DNA from: an uncultured virus (IMG/VR IMGVR_UViG_3300029951_000024)
Taxonomy: Duplodnaviria > Heunggongvirae > Uroviricota > Caudoviricetes
Virus record (IMG/VR): IMGVR_UViG_3300029951_000024
DNA length: 20,000 nucleotides
Strand: one strand, 5' to 3'
Part shown: positions 1 to 8,775 of the stretch, piece by piece
Layout of the letters: the number at the start of each line of letters is the position of its first letter
Position numbering within the stretch: position 1 is the stretch's first letter
The notes under the pieces: model-generated
Told to the model about the DNA's origin: nothing
Databases searched by the model: none
Seen by the model: the letters and a program-made list of their open reading frames with translations, nothing else
Program-made: the position numbers and the translations under genes

Positions 1-880
1 TCATGAGAGCCCGGGCGTTCAGGCCCTGCTTCTTCGCCCAGGTCGCCGCAAACGCTCTCAGATCGTGCAGGCGGGCGTTTTGGACACCCGCGGCCCTCAC
101 GGCGGCCTGCCACTGCCGGCGCACCGTGGCGTAGCGTGGCGGCTTTCCACGGTAGTGCAGCAGCGTCATCGAGCTGACGTTGCCGTTGAGCGTCTTGGCC
201 CGGGCCACGATCGCCTCAAGCTCTGGCGTCCAAGGCACGATGCCCTTCGCCTTCGTCTTCTGCTGCTTGAACCGGATGCCCTCGGGCAGTAGGTCCGCCC
301 GGCGGATGCCCAGCACGTCCGTGATGCGCTGGCCGGTCCGCATACACAGGTCGATGATGACCTGCATCAACGGCGCCGACTTTCCCCGGATGGCCCAGAC
401 CTCATCCAAGGATAGGAGCCGGTCCCGCTTGCGCCCCGGGTACGGCTTGATGCCCACGGCCGGGTTGGAGTCGACAAGCTGATTCTCGACGGCGAACGTG
501 AAGACCAACCGCAGAACGGTCACGCACAGGTTCGCGATGGTCGGCGTCTTGGCCAGCTGTAGCTTGAGCCCAGCAATATGCTTCGGCCGGATCTGGTCCG
601 GGCTGAACTCCACCAGTGCCTTTTTCAGACGGCGGACCGCTTGCTTGTAGGCGGCGATTGTGTTCTTCGACGCATTGCGGGTGATGACGGGGAAGGCCTG
701 GTCGATCAAGTCGGACATGCCGCCGCCCGGCTCTTCCATGTTCGCGGCATAGCGCGCCAGCGCAGTGCGCAGGTCGGTGCCGATGTGTTCCCACTTGCCG
801 CGGCGCACATGGTAGTAGGCGCCATGTTTCAAATAGACGCCGCTCGGCAAATGACGGTCCCTCGTCCGTGGTCTGTTCAT
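1..880 (-). CDS. int: Tyrosine recombinase / phage integrase, C-terminus cut by window edge
   Basis: Manual translation from ATG 880: MNRPRTRDRHLPSGVYLKHGAYY...DLCMRTGQRITDVL...QQKTKAK...RLHDLRAFAAT. Catalytic R, K and HxxR motifs present. Not in the ORF track because no stop lies in the window. ATGA overlap with the upstream gene. Confidence 0.95.
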   Translation of the reverse strand, partial: MNRPRTRDRHLPSGVYLKHGAYYHVRRGKWEHIGTDLRTALARYAANMEEPGGGMSDLIDQAFPVITRNASKNTIAAYKQAVRRLKKALVEFSPDQIRPKHIAGLKLQLAKTPTIANLCVTVLRLVFTFAVENQLVDSNPAVGIKPYPGRKRDRLLSLDEVWAIRGKSAPLMQVIIDLCMRTGQRITDVLGIRRADLLPEGIRFKQQKTKAKGIVPWTPELEAIVARAKTLNGNVSSMTLLHYRGKPPRYATVRRQWQAAVRAAGVQNARLHDLRAFAATWAKKQGLNARALM

Positions 881-1071
881 GCCAACCTCAACTGCGGCTC
901 GCGCTTCGTGACGGGCTTGTCGAACGTCATGCGTACATCTTCCCGCAGCACGATCAGTGTGCCGTCCGTGCGGCGGCGGAAGGGGATGTTCAGATGCTCC
1001 AGCTGCCGCGCCTGCCATGCCGGCCGGTCGCGATCAGTCAGCATCTTCACCTCTTCAGCTGTCAGGTTCAT
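877..1071 (-). CDS. DUF4224-like putative excisionase
   Basis: MNLTAEEVKMLTDRDRPAWQARQLEHLNIPFRRRTDGTLIVLRED fits the DUF4224 pattern. Lies directly upstream of int. GAGAGG RBS precedes ATG 1071. Confidence 0.8.
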   Translation of the reverse strand: MNLTAEEVKMLTDRDRPAWQARQLEHLNIPFRRRTDGTLIVLREDVRMTFDKPVTKREPQLRLA

Positions 1072-1114
1072 TATGCTGATTTCCTCTCGAGACGGCTCAT
1101 TGGGCCCGGCGCGC

Positions 1115-1297
1115 TCATGCGAATAGATCCTGCTGTGATTCCGGCTCAATGACCGGCTGCGGCACAGCGGCCGCTGCCGGCACCGCCAGGGCTCGACGGA
1201 ATGGGAATAGCTCGCGCCTGCCGCACGCCACGCAAGTAACGACGCGGCCGGTATGCACCTCGTGCTCGCGCGTCTGGCCCCCGCATGGGCAAATCAT
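1115..1297 (-). CDS. Small Zn-ribbon protein
   Basis: MICPCGG...CVACGRRE; ATGA overlap with the upstream stop at 1294-1296. Confidence 0.6.
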   Translation of the reverse strand: MICPCGGQTREHEVHTGRVVTCVACGRRELFPFRRALAVPAAAAVPQPVIEPESQQDLFA

Positions 1298-1656
1298 GCT
1301 CCCACCGCCTCGATCGCTTCCTCGCGCATCTGCTGATAGGAGCGGATCCAGTCGCAAGCGCCGCAGGACACGGCCTCATGCGAATTCAGCGACGCGCTGT
1401 GCAGCTCCTGGCTCCCGCAGTCGGGACACCGGCCCTCGACCAGCTCCAGCAGTCGCTCCACGATGATCTTTAGGCCGCCCGCGGCTTCCGCCGGCGCCAC
1501 GATTGGCATGAAGCTCTTGGCGGTATCGCATGGCCACGGCACGCCGCAGACCACGCAGTGTCCATGCAGCTTGCCGTTAGGAGGGTCGTGCTCCGTACCG
1601 CAGCACCCGCGATGCGCAAGGCAGGCAGCCGTCAGGCGTTGCACTTCGCTGTTCAT
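1294..1656 (-). CDS. Cys-rich hypothetical protein
   Basis: [17 protein letters not shown] and CGAC motifs; coupled by ATGA overlaps at both ends. Confidence 0.65.
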   Translation of the reverse strand: MNSEVQRLTAACLAHRGCCGTEHDPPNGKLHGHCVVCGVPWPCDTAKSFMPIVAPAEAAGGLKIIVERLLELVEGRCPDCGSQELHSASLNSHEAVSCGACDWIRSYQQMREEAIEAVGA

Positions 1657-1868
1657 GCTTCCACCGCGGCGCCGTCGCCATTGACCGGCCACTGGTTCGG
1701 GTTGCCGTCGGCCAGCCGGCGCTCCCGAATTTCCTCACGGTCCACGATCATCGATCGGGGCGCCTCGATGCCCAGGCGGACCTGATGGCCGCGCACGCCG
1801 AGCACGGTGACCTTCACGTCATCGCCGATGCACACCAGCTCGCCAATGTTCCGGGTAAGGATCAACAT
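1653..1868 (-). CDS. csrA: Carbon storage regulator CsrA/RsmA homologue
   Basis: [47 protein letters not shown] matches the CsrA fold signature (MLILTR, GxQVRLGIxAP, REEI). TGATG overlap with the upstream gene. Confidence 0.93.
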   Translation of the reverse strand: MLILTRNIGELVCIGDDVKVTVLGVRGHQVRLGIEAPRSMIVDREEIRERRLADGNPNQWPVNGDGAAVEA

Positions 1869-2371
1869 CACGCACCTCTGCGGGCCTTGGCCCACGCTCG
1901 AATAGTTTTGGGAGTCGGCGCCAGCGTGCGAATCAGATCGACCGCGCGGGTGCAGGTCGTTACATCAAACATTCCCACATGGCATTCATCCCGGGCGATG
2001 CCCAGGTGGGCAGCGAGCCATGCGTAGGCGCGATGGCGCGCGATTCGGTAGACACGGTCCGAGACAGCGCCCTCGTAGGCGTCATGAGCGGCCTGCCACA
2101 GCGGATCGAATGCGGAGTGCACGCTCTGCTTTGCCTGGCGCAGCGCGGAGTCGGCGAGCCTGCCCAGCGGCTTCGCGGTGCCCTCATGGCATCCGACCCA
2201 TGCGCGGTCCGCAATGCACATGTAGAACGGCTTCTCCCACAGGTCCGGCCAGCGCGGATAGATTAGCTTGCCGCGCACCAGCGGCGCCGGGCATTCGCAG
2301 TAGGGACAGACGACTGACGGCCTCGCCACGATCGCCGGCGAGACCATTGAGACTTGGTGTTCCGTTACCAT
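1868..2371 (-). CDS. DUF3268-like zinc-finger protein
   Basis: CPYC...IYP...FYMC...AWVGCH.GT..PLGRLAD..LR..K...H.AFDPLW pattern. Start chosen after an AAGGA RBS. Confidence 0.8.
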   Translation of the reverse strand: MVTEHQVSMVSPAIVARPSVVCPYCECPAPLVRGKLIYPRWPDLWEKPFYMCIADRAWVGCHEGTAKPLGRLADSALRQAKQSVHSAFDPLWQAAHDAYEGAVSDRVYRIARHRAYAWLAAHLGIARDECHVGMFDVTTCTRAVDLIRTLAPTPKTIRAWAKARRGA

Positions 2372-2646
2372 TTGATAATCCTTTCCTTGCATAGCTCAAC
2401 TATTTGCCGGTACATCGCGCGCAGCGTCTCCAGCTCCACAAATTCCTTTTCCAGAATCTGCGTGCGCCGGTCGATCTCGTCGTGACAGGCCGAGCAAGCA
2501 TCGACGCCGAGAATGTCCGGCGGCTTGATCGACATGCCGAACCATCCGGCCTTCACGTGGGCGAGCACAACGGTTTCCCGGTTGTGATTGCACACTGGCA
2601 GCTGCACCCGGCATTCCCGGCCTTGCGCGCGCTTCCGCAGGTTCAC
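2365..2646 (-). CDS. DUF1364/YbcO-like His-Me finger putative nuclease
   Basis: LRKRAQGRECRVQLPVCNHNRETVVLAH...KPPD..G..ACSACHDEID; GTGA overlap with the upstream gene. Confidence 0.85.
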   Translation of the reverse strand: MNLRKRAQGRECRVQLPVCNHNRETVVLAHVKAGWFGMSIKPPDILGVDACSACHDEIDRRTQILEKEFVELETLRAMYRQIVELCKERIIKW

Positions 2647-3044
2647 GCCACGTCCTTCAAATACTCTTCGCCAAAGTTTTCCCTGATGGCCAGCTCCAGG
2701 GATGGCCAAATCTCTTCCCATTCATCGGCGGTCAGCTCATCGAAGGCGATCCGCTTCGGGACCTTTTCCTGGCGCCCGGCGGCGATGACCGTCTCGTAGT
2801 GCCCGGCCATGATCCGCACGAAGTAGTCAATGCACGGCTGGGAGCGCTGCGGATCCTGATTCTTGCCAATGACCCGGCAGATGCCCATGTACATGCGATG
2901 CCACTTCGGGCTACGCACGCGCTTGAGTTTGCACAGCGCGTACTCACCATCGCCCATGCGGCCAATGGTTTCCTCCGCGTCGCTGTCGGCCGGCATCAGC
3001 CCGACCTTCTCTCGCCCCGTGACCTTAACTACGCCAATGTCCAA
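2643..3044 (-). CDS. DUF1367-like phage protein
   Basis: LMPAD, VRSPKWHR, AGHY and PKRIAFDELT..EW motifs. Likely TTG start at 3044 after GGAGGT. Confidence 0.7.
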   Translation of the reverse strand: MDIGVVKVTGREKVGLMPADSDAEETIGRMGDGEYALCKLKRVRSPKWHRMYMGICRVIGKNQDPQRSQPCIDYFVRIMAGHYETVIAAGRQEKVPKRIAFDELTADEWEEIWPSLELAIRENFGEEYLKDVA

Positions 3045-3054
3045 AACTACCTCC

Positions 3055-3079
3055 AGGCAGGTGCGCCAATTGGCGCACC
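3055..3079. repeat. Copy 1 of the 23-bp element AGGCAGGTGCGCCAATTGGCGCA, with a perfect 20-bp palindrome at 3060-3079
   Basis: Read directly; 3055-3077 is identical to 10799-10821. Confidence 0.95.
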
Positions 3080-3102
3080 CTTGCCCATAAGAATGACGCG
3101 AG

Positions 3103-3789
3103 CTACGGCCGCCACCTTCGTAATCGATGTGGTGCATCCGCAAACTCTCTAACCGATAGCGCGTGCTCCAGCGCGTCAAACCATTCAGACACTTCACAAA
3201 CCATCGTATAGAGACGCTGGCACTCTCCATCGTCTAGCCCTTTGGCAATCTGTTTTGGATCTCGCTTCGCGATCGCCCGTGCCGTCTGGGCAAACATCGC
3301 TTCGCGTAACATGAATTCGTAGGCGTCGCTGTATTTTCCCTCCCGATGCTCTAAGCGTAAGTTTGTTGGCGATGGAGGAATCTCTCGCTTTACGGCATCG
3401 ATGAACTTTTTCTCGTGCAGCCGTCCGACGAAGACGGCATCGGTTGCCTGCGAAGCAGAAAGACCATTCTCGCGTAATAGCGAGGCCGGACCCGGGGATG
3501 CCTTCGTTAGCGGCTTTTTGGACCCTGGGCGCAACTCCTGCGCCAGTTCGCCCATGCGGCGATATGCGTGCAGCTTCAGGCGTTTCGCCAGAATGTCGGC
3601 ATCCTTCGAGCGATAAATCTTCGCCCACGCGGCAATGGCCTCGGCCTTGTCCGACCAGTACCGGCTTTCATCGATGCTGGTGCACGCACGCAGAGCGCAG
3701 ATAGCCTGTTCATACTCGTGTGGCAGGATCGGGGGGCGGCCGCTGCCGCTGCCCCGTGTTGCCATTGCTTGTCCAGCCTCAAGAGACAT
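3103..3789 (-). CDS. Hypothetical helical phage protein, possibly DNA-binding
   Basis: 228-aa [18 protein letters not shown]....DKAEA...RRMGEL resembles N-terminal domains recalled from phage methyltransferase fusions, but no methyltransferase motifs are present. Confidence 0.7.
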   Translation of the reverse strand: MSLEAGQAMATRGSGSGRPPILPHEYEQAICALRACTSIDESRYWSDKAEAIAAWAKIYRSKDADILAKRLKLHAYRRMGELAQELRPGSKKPLTKASPGPASLLRENGLSASQATDAVFVGRLHEKKFIDAVKREIPPSPTNLRLEHREGKYSDAYEFMLREAMFAQTARAIAKRDPKQIAKGLDDGECQRLYTMVCEVSEWFDALEHALSVREFADAPHRLRRWRP

Positions 3790-4306
3790 AGGTCACGCAG
3801 TGCGCAGCGGCCGCCAACAAGCCAAAGAGCGGCGCGATGATGAAGCCGAACGGGATGTCATCATCAAACTCGTCACGCACCGAGCCGGGGGCGTCCGTAT
3901 TGCCTGCGGCCGGTTGGCGGCCCTGCGCCTGAGAGCGCTGCTGTCGCTGCTCGCCGCCGCCTTCGTCGCCTTGCTTGCGGCTCAGCATTCGGAAGTTTTC
4001 GCAGACGATCTCCGTGGTGTAGCGGTCGGCGCCATTCTTGTCCTGCCACTTGCGAGTCTGTAGACGGCCCTGGATGTACACCAGCGAACCCTTTTCGGTG
4101 TACTGCTGCGCGACCTCAGCCGTGCGGCCGTAAATCGTGACGCTGTGCCACTCGGTTTTTTCCTTGCGGTCGCCGCTTTCCTTATCCTTCCAGGTCTCCG
4201 ACGTGGCAATGCGCAGGTTGACCACGCTGTTGCCGCTAGGAAGATTCTTCAGCTCCGGATCCTGGCCGAGTCGGCCGATCAGCTGCACCATGTTCAAGTT
4301 ACTCAA
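3779..4306 (-). CDS. ssb: Single-stranded DNA-binding protein with a C-terminal extension
   Basis: [15 protein letters not shown]...[10 protein letters not shown]...EKTEWH...[18 protein letters not shown]...DDDIPF. TTG start after GGAGG. Confidence 0.96.
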   Translation of the reverse strand: MSNLNMVQLIGRLGQDPELKNLPSGNSVVNLRIATSETWKDKESGDRKEKTEWHSVTIYGRTAEVAQQYTEKGSLVYIQGRLQTRKWQDKNGADRYTTEIVCENFRMLSRKQGDEGGGEQRQQRSQAQGRQPAAGNTDAPGSVRDEFDDDIPFGFIIAPLFGLLAAAAHCVTYVS

Positions 4307-5556
4307 GGGACCTCCTGCCAATTGATATTGCGAATCCATTCGAGTGCCACGTGGGTCGGCACCAAATGCTCTGTTGCGACCAGCACCAGAATGTCGTGTG
4401 CGGTCGGTGGGTTTCCGCGCGCCAGCTCGATGCGCTCCGCCTCGGCCTGCTTGCGGGCGGCCTCCGCATCGGCCCGTCGCTGTGCCTCGGCCTGTCGATC
4501 GCGCTCAGCCTGCTCACGGCGCGCCAGTTCGTCGGCGTCGCGCTGCTGCTTCGCCAGCCGCTCACGCTCCTGCGCTTGGCGCGTCCGCTCTGCCGCCTCG
4601 CGCTGTTCGTCTTCGATGCGGCGGTCATGGGTGACCAGCGCTCCCTCGATGGCCGTGATAGACGCCGCTTTGGCAGCCTGAGCCACGGCGACCAGGGCGC
4701 CGAAGATCGCGGCATTGACCGGCCACAGCTTCGCGTTTTCGAGCGCTTGCAGGATCTGCGCACGGCTGGCACCGCGTAGCTTCTGCGGCTGCTCGGCGAT
4801 CGCGGTGATATCCCGCAACAGTTTGTCCGTGTGGGCGCGCTCTTCCGCGGCCTTGCGATCCCGCTCGGCATCCTCAGCGCGCCGGCGGTTCAGCTCGACG
4901 CGCTCGGCGGCAATACGGACCTGCTCGGCTTCGTGCGCCACGGCCGCCGCGTGTATCTCGCGCAGGCGGGCGATCGATGCCAACCGGGCGTCTTCGGCTT
5001 CTACCTGATACTCGCCGAAAGATTCATCGATGACCTCGCGCTCGATTTCACCGATGCGGTCAAGGATCGCTTCGGCGCTGCGCCCAATCGACGCGGGCAC
5101 GGCCTCGCGCATTTCGGTGATGCGCTCGCGAATCAGCCGCGTGCGCTCCAGTTCCCTTTCGATCAGCGCCTGTTTCAATGCCTCGGCACGCTGGTCGTAT
5201 TCGTCCTGTAGCTTCTGGAGTCGTTCCTCTTCGGGCTCGATGATGGCGACCAGACCGTTTTCCAAAGCGATGACGGCCTTGGACAACGCCGTCGCATCCT
5301 CGCGCGCCGTCTTGCCTGCGGCCTTGATGGCGACGCGCTCATTCTTGAGTGTGATGCGCGCCCGGTAGACCTGCTCACGGCCGTCGGCGTTGGTGATGGC
5401 GACAATGTCCTTTGTCGACTGCGCCAGCGTCTTGAGCGCGGTTTCCTTTTCTGCCGGGATGGCCAGGGCAATTACGGCACGCTCTTTGACGGTCAGCGCT
5501 ACCGCGGTCCCCGGGGAGGCGATCAGCGCCTCTACTGCTTTCGTTGCTGCGTTCAT
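4303..5556 (-). CDS. Coiled-coil phage protein of the recombination module
   Basis: 417 aa, rich in E/R/A heptads; coupled to the exonuclease and ssb by 4-bp overlaps. Confidence 0.8.
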   Translation of the reverse strand: MNAATKAVEALIASPGTAVALTVKERAVIALAIPAEKETALKTLAQSTKDIVAITNADGREQVYRARITLKNERVAIKAAGKTAREDATALSKAVIALENGLVAIIEPEEERLQKLQDEYDQRAEALKQALIERELERTRLIRERITEMREAVPASIGRSAEAILDRIGEIEREVIDESFGEYQVEAEDARLASIARLREIHAAAVAHEAEQVRIAAERVELNRRRAEDAERDRKAAEERAHTDKLLRDITAIAEQPQKLRGASRAQILQALENAKLWPVNAAIFGALVAVAQAAKAASITAIEGALVTHDRRIEDEQREAAERTRQAQERERLAKQQRDADELARREQAERDRQAEAQRRADAEAARKQAEAERIELARGNPPTAHDILVLVATEHLVPTHVALEWIRNINWQEVP

Positions 5557-6200
5557 GCCGCTTCCTCTCTATATGCGCGGATTTCTGCGACCCGGACCAT
5601 GACCTCGGCGAGTAGCCGGTGTACCTCGGCGCCGTAGGTCTCCATCAGCGCCTCGTCACGCAGCATCCGCTTGCGGAAAATCTGCATGTGCGCCGGATAG
5701 TCCGGATGCCAGCTGATGAAGTCGCACCACTGCGCGCCGGTGACCCACAGGTTGTGGACGCACTGGTAGTAGTACTCGGCCGGGACTACCCTGCCTTGCA
5801 GGTAGTCGAAGTGCGTTGCCTGCTTCGGCGCCTTCAGCTCCTGGATGCCCTCGAAGTTATTGACGTGGCCGTCCAGCGAGCACCCGGCCATGATCGACTC
5901 GCAGGCCAGGAACCCGGTCTTCTGCACGATCTCGCCGGTCAGCGCCTCATATGCGCAGATAATTTCGGGCTCCTTCTCTGAGCCGCGGCGCATGTCATAG
6001 GTCTGCGGGCCTTGCTCTTCCGGCCTGCCGGTGACTTGCTCCAATGCCATTGCTTGTATGACATTGCGCCGCGCCGTGGAGTAGCCGCCGCTCTTGACGC
6101 GGGCCATCATGTCTACGGCGCGGGAGCCGGTCAGGCGTCCCATGCGGGCAATGCGCCACTCGTCGCTGCGCTGCTCGCAATCAATGATTTTGAACTTCAT
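5553..6200 (-). CDS. YqaJ-like / lambda-type 5'-3' exonuclease
   Basis: EQRSDEW...R.GRLTGS, RGSEKEP, GCSLDG, ELKAP and YYYQC...LWVTG..WCDF motifs. Confidence 0.93.
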   Translation of the reverse strand: MKFKIIDCEQRSDEWRIARMGRLTGSRAVDMMARVKSGGYSTARRNVIQAMALEQVTGRPEEQGPQTYDMRRGSEKEPEIICAYEALTGEIVQKTGFLACESIMAGCSLDGHVNNFEGIQELKAPKQATHFDYLQGRVVPAEYYYQCVHNLWVTGAQWCDFISWHPDYPAHMQIFRKRMLRDEALMETYGAEVHRLLAEVMVRVAEIRAYREEAA

Positions 6201-6706
6201 GCGTATTCCCCAAAGTGTGTAACCCGGGCCGCCTGATATGCCGACGCGGCCGCGGCCGGTGTCGGGTAGGTGCCCAGGTAGATTTTCTTTTTGTTCACGG
6301 CGATGCGCGCCTCGTACCGTCCGGCGGTGCGTGCAGGGTGAACTCCCATAGGCAGGTCAGCGCGCTTGCTGCGCTTTCGCGTCTTATGGTTCCAGGCGTT
6401 CTGCGTTGGCGTTGCATCGCGCAGGTTGAGCGGCGCATCGTTCTGCGAATTGCCGTCGCGGTGATCCACGTGGCCACGCGCCCAGCGGCGGCGGGTCATG
6501 ACATAGATCAACTGCGATCGCCGATACTTGCGGCCGGCAAACTGGATGATCCAGTAGACCTTGCCGCAATGGTTCGGGGTCGGCGTCCCGGCAATCTGCC
6601 CGCGAAGGTCCGGGTGCCCCTTCGGGGGCACCGTCCAGAACAGCACGCCGTCGACGCGCATTTCGAGCGCCGCCTTGAGACTCGCGATTGTTGGGCGGCG
6701 CTTCAT
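6197..6706 (-). CDS. HNH endonuclease with C-terminal AP2 domain (putative homing endonuclease)
   Basis: VDHRDGNSQNDAPLNLRDAT..QN (HNH_3 type) followed by GV...GRYEARI..NKKKIYLGTY.T...A..AY..A....FGEYA (AP2). Confidence 0.92.
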   Translation of the reverse strand: MKRRPTIASLKAALEMRVDGVLFWTVPPKGHPDLRGQIAGTPTPNHCGKVYWIIQFAGRKYRRSQLIYVMTRRRWARGHVDHRDGNSQNDAPLNLRDATPTQNAWNHKTRKRSKRADLPMGVHPARTAGRYEARIAVNKKKIYLGTYPTPAAAASAYQAARVTHFGEYA

Positions 6707-7533
6707 TTCTGCGGCGTTCCCGTGGTGGCCGTAGCGGCGGCCGTAACCTTGTCGGCCTGCCGCTTGAGCGTGGCCCAGCGGGCGCCTTCGTGGTTGGCCA
6801 TGAACGTGCGCTTCTCCATGGGAGATTCCTTCCACGCCTTGAGCAACGGCTCCTTGCCCTCTTCGGCCTTGACCTTCAGGGCCTCGGCCCACGGCTCGTA
6901 TCCTTCCGGCGGCTGCGGGCCGCGGCGGACAGGGGTCGCAGTCCCGGCCGGCGCACCAGCAGCGCCGGTGGCAGTCGCGCGCCCTGCGCCGTTGGCGTCA
7001 TCGTCCTGGCTATACTCGCGGGCCACGACGCCGGTGATGGCCTGGAAGGTCGCGCCCTCCAGATAAGTCAGCGTCGACTTAATCATCTGAAGGTCGTTTT
7101 TCTTGCCCGTGGTATCCGGCGGCCCGGCAATGGTGACCGACTCTTTATGTCCCTCGATGTGGGACAGGATGCATGTCATCTTGATCCACGAGGGGTCCGT
7201 CTGGTCCACGCTCCAACGAGCATTCAGCCCAAACTGGCCAAGCGCAGCATTGGTGGTGTTCACCAGATTGCCCAGCGATGCATAGTCGGATCCGAACTGG
7301 TCGTTATGCAGATCCTTGACCACGGCCGGCGCGTTCTTTTTGAACTCGGCGAATGCGGTGACATAGGCGCTCTCGGCCTGCATGGCCTTGAACTCGCGCC
7401 AGATCTCCATACGGGCCTTGAACAGCTCCGGGTTGGGCTCGCGCAGGATCTCCATTTGGATCTGTTGCAATGGAGTCAGCTGCGGCGGCTCCATGCGCGT
7501 GAGGGTTGCGACTTCGTGTGCTTGTGCGTTCAT
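6703..7533 (-). CDS. erf: ERF-family ssDNA annealing protein
   Basis: YASL, CILSH..GH.ES, Q...STLTY and DDDAN motifs. Confidence 0.9.
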   Translation of the reverse strand: MNAQAHEVATLTRMEPPQLTPLQQIQMEILREPNPELFKARMEIWREFKAMQAESAYVTAFAEFKKNAPAVVKDLHNDQFGSDYASLGNLVNTTNAALGQFGLNARWSVDQTDPSWIKMTCILSHIEGHKESVTIAGPPDTTGKKNDLQMIKSTLTYLEGATFQAITGVVAREYSQDDDANGAGRATATGAAGAPAGTATPVRRGPQPPEGYEPWAEALKVKAEEGKEPLLKAWKESPMEKRTFMANHEGARWATLKRQADKVTAAATATTGTPQK

Positions 7534-7563
7534 GGACTTCCCTTTCGATGATGTGAAAATTAG

Positions 7564-7842
7564 TTAGGCCTGGAGCCGCAGGCAGTCGGGCAACTTGAAG
7601 CGCTCGCGGTACTGGCGCAGCCGGTCGCGCCATGCTTCGGCGCGGACGGGTGCCAGACGTGCGCGCTCGATGTCGGAGCCCGTTACCTGAATCCGGGTGA
7701 TCTCCAGCGGCGCCACTCGTGCGCGCTCCTTCGGATTGCGGCCAACGCGGACCGCGAAGCGCTTCTCTTCAAGGTTGTCATGCCGGCGCAGCTGCTCAGC
7801 GTTGCGCCGGTCATGGAATCGGCCGCTAAGAATGGCTGGCAT
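7564..7842 (-). CDS. Basic hypothetical protein
   Basis: 92-aa Arg-rich ORF in operon register. Confidence 0.55.
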   Translation of the reverse strand: MPAILSGRFHDRRNAEQLRRHDNLEEKRFAVRVGRNPKERARVAPLEITRIQVTGSDIERARLAPVRAEAWRDRLRQYRERFKLPDCLRLQA

Positions 7843-7843
7843 G

Positions 7844-7975
7844 TCAGAGCGCTCCTGTGTGGATGTGATGCCACAGCATCGGAGCGCCGACCCAGACGGC
7901 CCATCCCCATGCGGTCGCGACGGCGATAAAGATCGCTCCGAGTACGGCGACCTCAGTTTTTGTCCAAAGAAACAT
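7844..7975 (-). CDS. Small membrane protein
   Basis: MFLWTKTEVAVLGAIFIAVATAWGWAVWVGAPMLW; GAGGGGG RBS. Confidence 0.55.
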   Translation of the reverse strand: MFLWTKTEVAVLGAIFIAVATAWGWAVWVGAPMLWHHIHTGAL

Positions 7976-7977
7976 AG

Positions 7978-8112
7978 TTACCCCCTCGCCTTGGCGCGCC
8001 AGACATTGAAGGCATCGCAGCCGACTATCAGCGCGCACACCGCGCACCCGAACAAAAACACGTCACGCACGGCCGTAGTCCACGTGGCCGTATGGATGTA
8101 GTGAGCAATCAC
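7978..8112 (-). CDS. Small membrane protein (44 aa, below the ORF-track cutoff)
   Basis: GTG start, MIAHYIHTATWTTAVRDVFLFGCAVCALIVGCDAFNVWRAKARG. GTGA overlap upstream and a stop 2 bp before the next ATG. Confidence 0.55.
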   Translation of the reverse strand: MIAHYIHTATWTTAVRDVFLFGCAVCALIVGCDAFNVWRAKARG

Positions 8113-8405
8113 AGGTAGTCCCCCATGCGCTTAAACAAGATTGACTCCATGCCCATCTGCCGGCGCATCGTTTCGATGGCCGCGATCAGCTTCGGCATTT
8201 CGGTTTGCTCAAGGCGCTTGAGCACGAGGGTCAGGAACGCGCGCTCGGTGGCCGCGTCCAGCTGGACAACCTGCACAGTCGGAGCGGTGGGCGCGCCGGA
8301 CTTGATCTCTTCCTGAATCTCCGCGAACTCCTGCGCGAATTCATCGGTAGTCGGGACATCGCCGCGGCGCACGCGGTCGAGCATTTCTTTGATGGCTGGC
8401 GACAT
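8109..8405 (-). CDS. Hypothetical early protein
   Basis: 98-aa helical ORF with a GGGGAG RBS. Confidence 0.65.
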   Translation of the reverse strand: MSPAIKEMLDRVRRGDVPTTDEFAQEFAEIQEEIKSGAPTAPTVQVVQLDAATERAFLTLVLKRLEQTEMPKLIAAIETMRRQMGMESILFKRMGDYL

Positions 8406-8407
8406 GG

Positions 8408-8581
8408 CTACAGCTCCCCGAAGCGACTGACCCCGGCGTCATCGGCGGCGATGTCTTCGGGCTCCGGCTCGATAGGCTCGAAAGCGTGTTTGTCGGCCAG
8501 CTGGTCTAGACGCCAGCTGGGGAGCGATTCGGCAGCGGCGGGCGCCGTGCGTGTGGGTATCTGTGTCTGACTGCGTTGCAT
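8408..8581 (-). CDS. First gene of the pL-like operon, hypothetical
   Basis: AAGGAGG RBS before ATG 8581; acidic C-terminus. Confidence 0.6.
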   Translation of the reverse strand: MQRSQTQIPTRTAPAAAESLPSWRLDQLADKHAFEPIEPEPEDIAADDAGVSRFGEL

Positions 8582-8610
8582 GGTGGCCTCCTTGGCTAGC
8601 AAGGCGCCAT

Positions 8611-8650
8611 ATCAGCACACTCATTGAAGGGTGTCAATGAGTATGCTGAT
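8611..8650 (-). promoter_or_regulatory. pL/oL: two 14-bp operators flanking a TTGACA -35 box
   Basis: ATCAGCACACTCAT (8611-8624) and ATGAGTATGCTGAT (8637-8650). The minus strand reads TTGACA-N17-TGATAT. Confidence 0.85.
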
Positions 8651-8713
8651 TCAAGAAAACATATATTCCGTGTGGTCCGCTAGGAAGTCAGGGATTTACT
8701 CAGGGGAAATAGC

Positions 8714-8750
8714 AAAAAGCCCCACGCTCCGTTAGGGGCGCAGGGCTTTT
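8714..8750 (-). terminator. Intrinsic terminator after the repressor gene, possibly bidirectional
   Basis: Minus strand GCCCTGCGCCCC-TAAC-GGAGCGTGGGGC-TTTTT, with A/T tracts on both sides. Confidence 0.8.
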
Positions 8751-8775
8751 CGTCGGTCCGAGTCGGGCTGGTAGG

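Noticed and set aside
3045..3230. N-terminal extension of the DUF1367-like ORF
   Set aside because: It overlaps the upstream gene and the palindrome; a GGAGG-TTG start at 3044 fits better.
6215..7551. Long plus-strand ORFs of 283 and 287 aa
   Set aside because: Antisense shadows of erf and the HNH gene in high-GC DNA.
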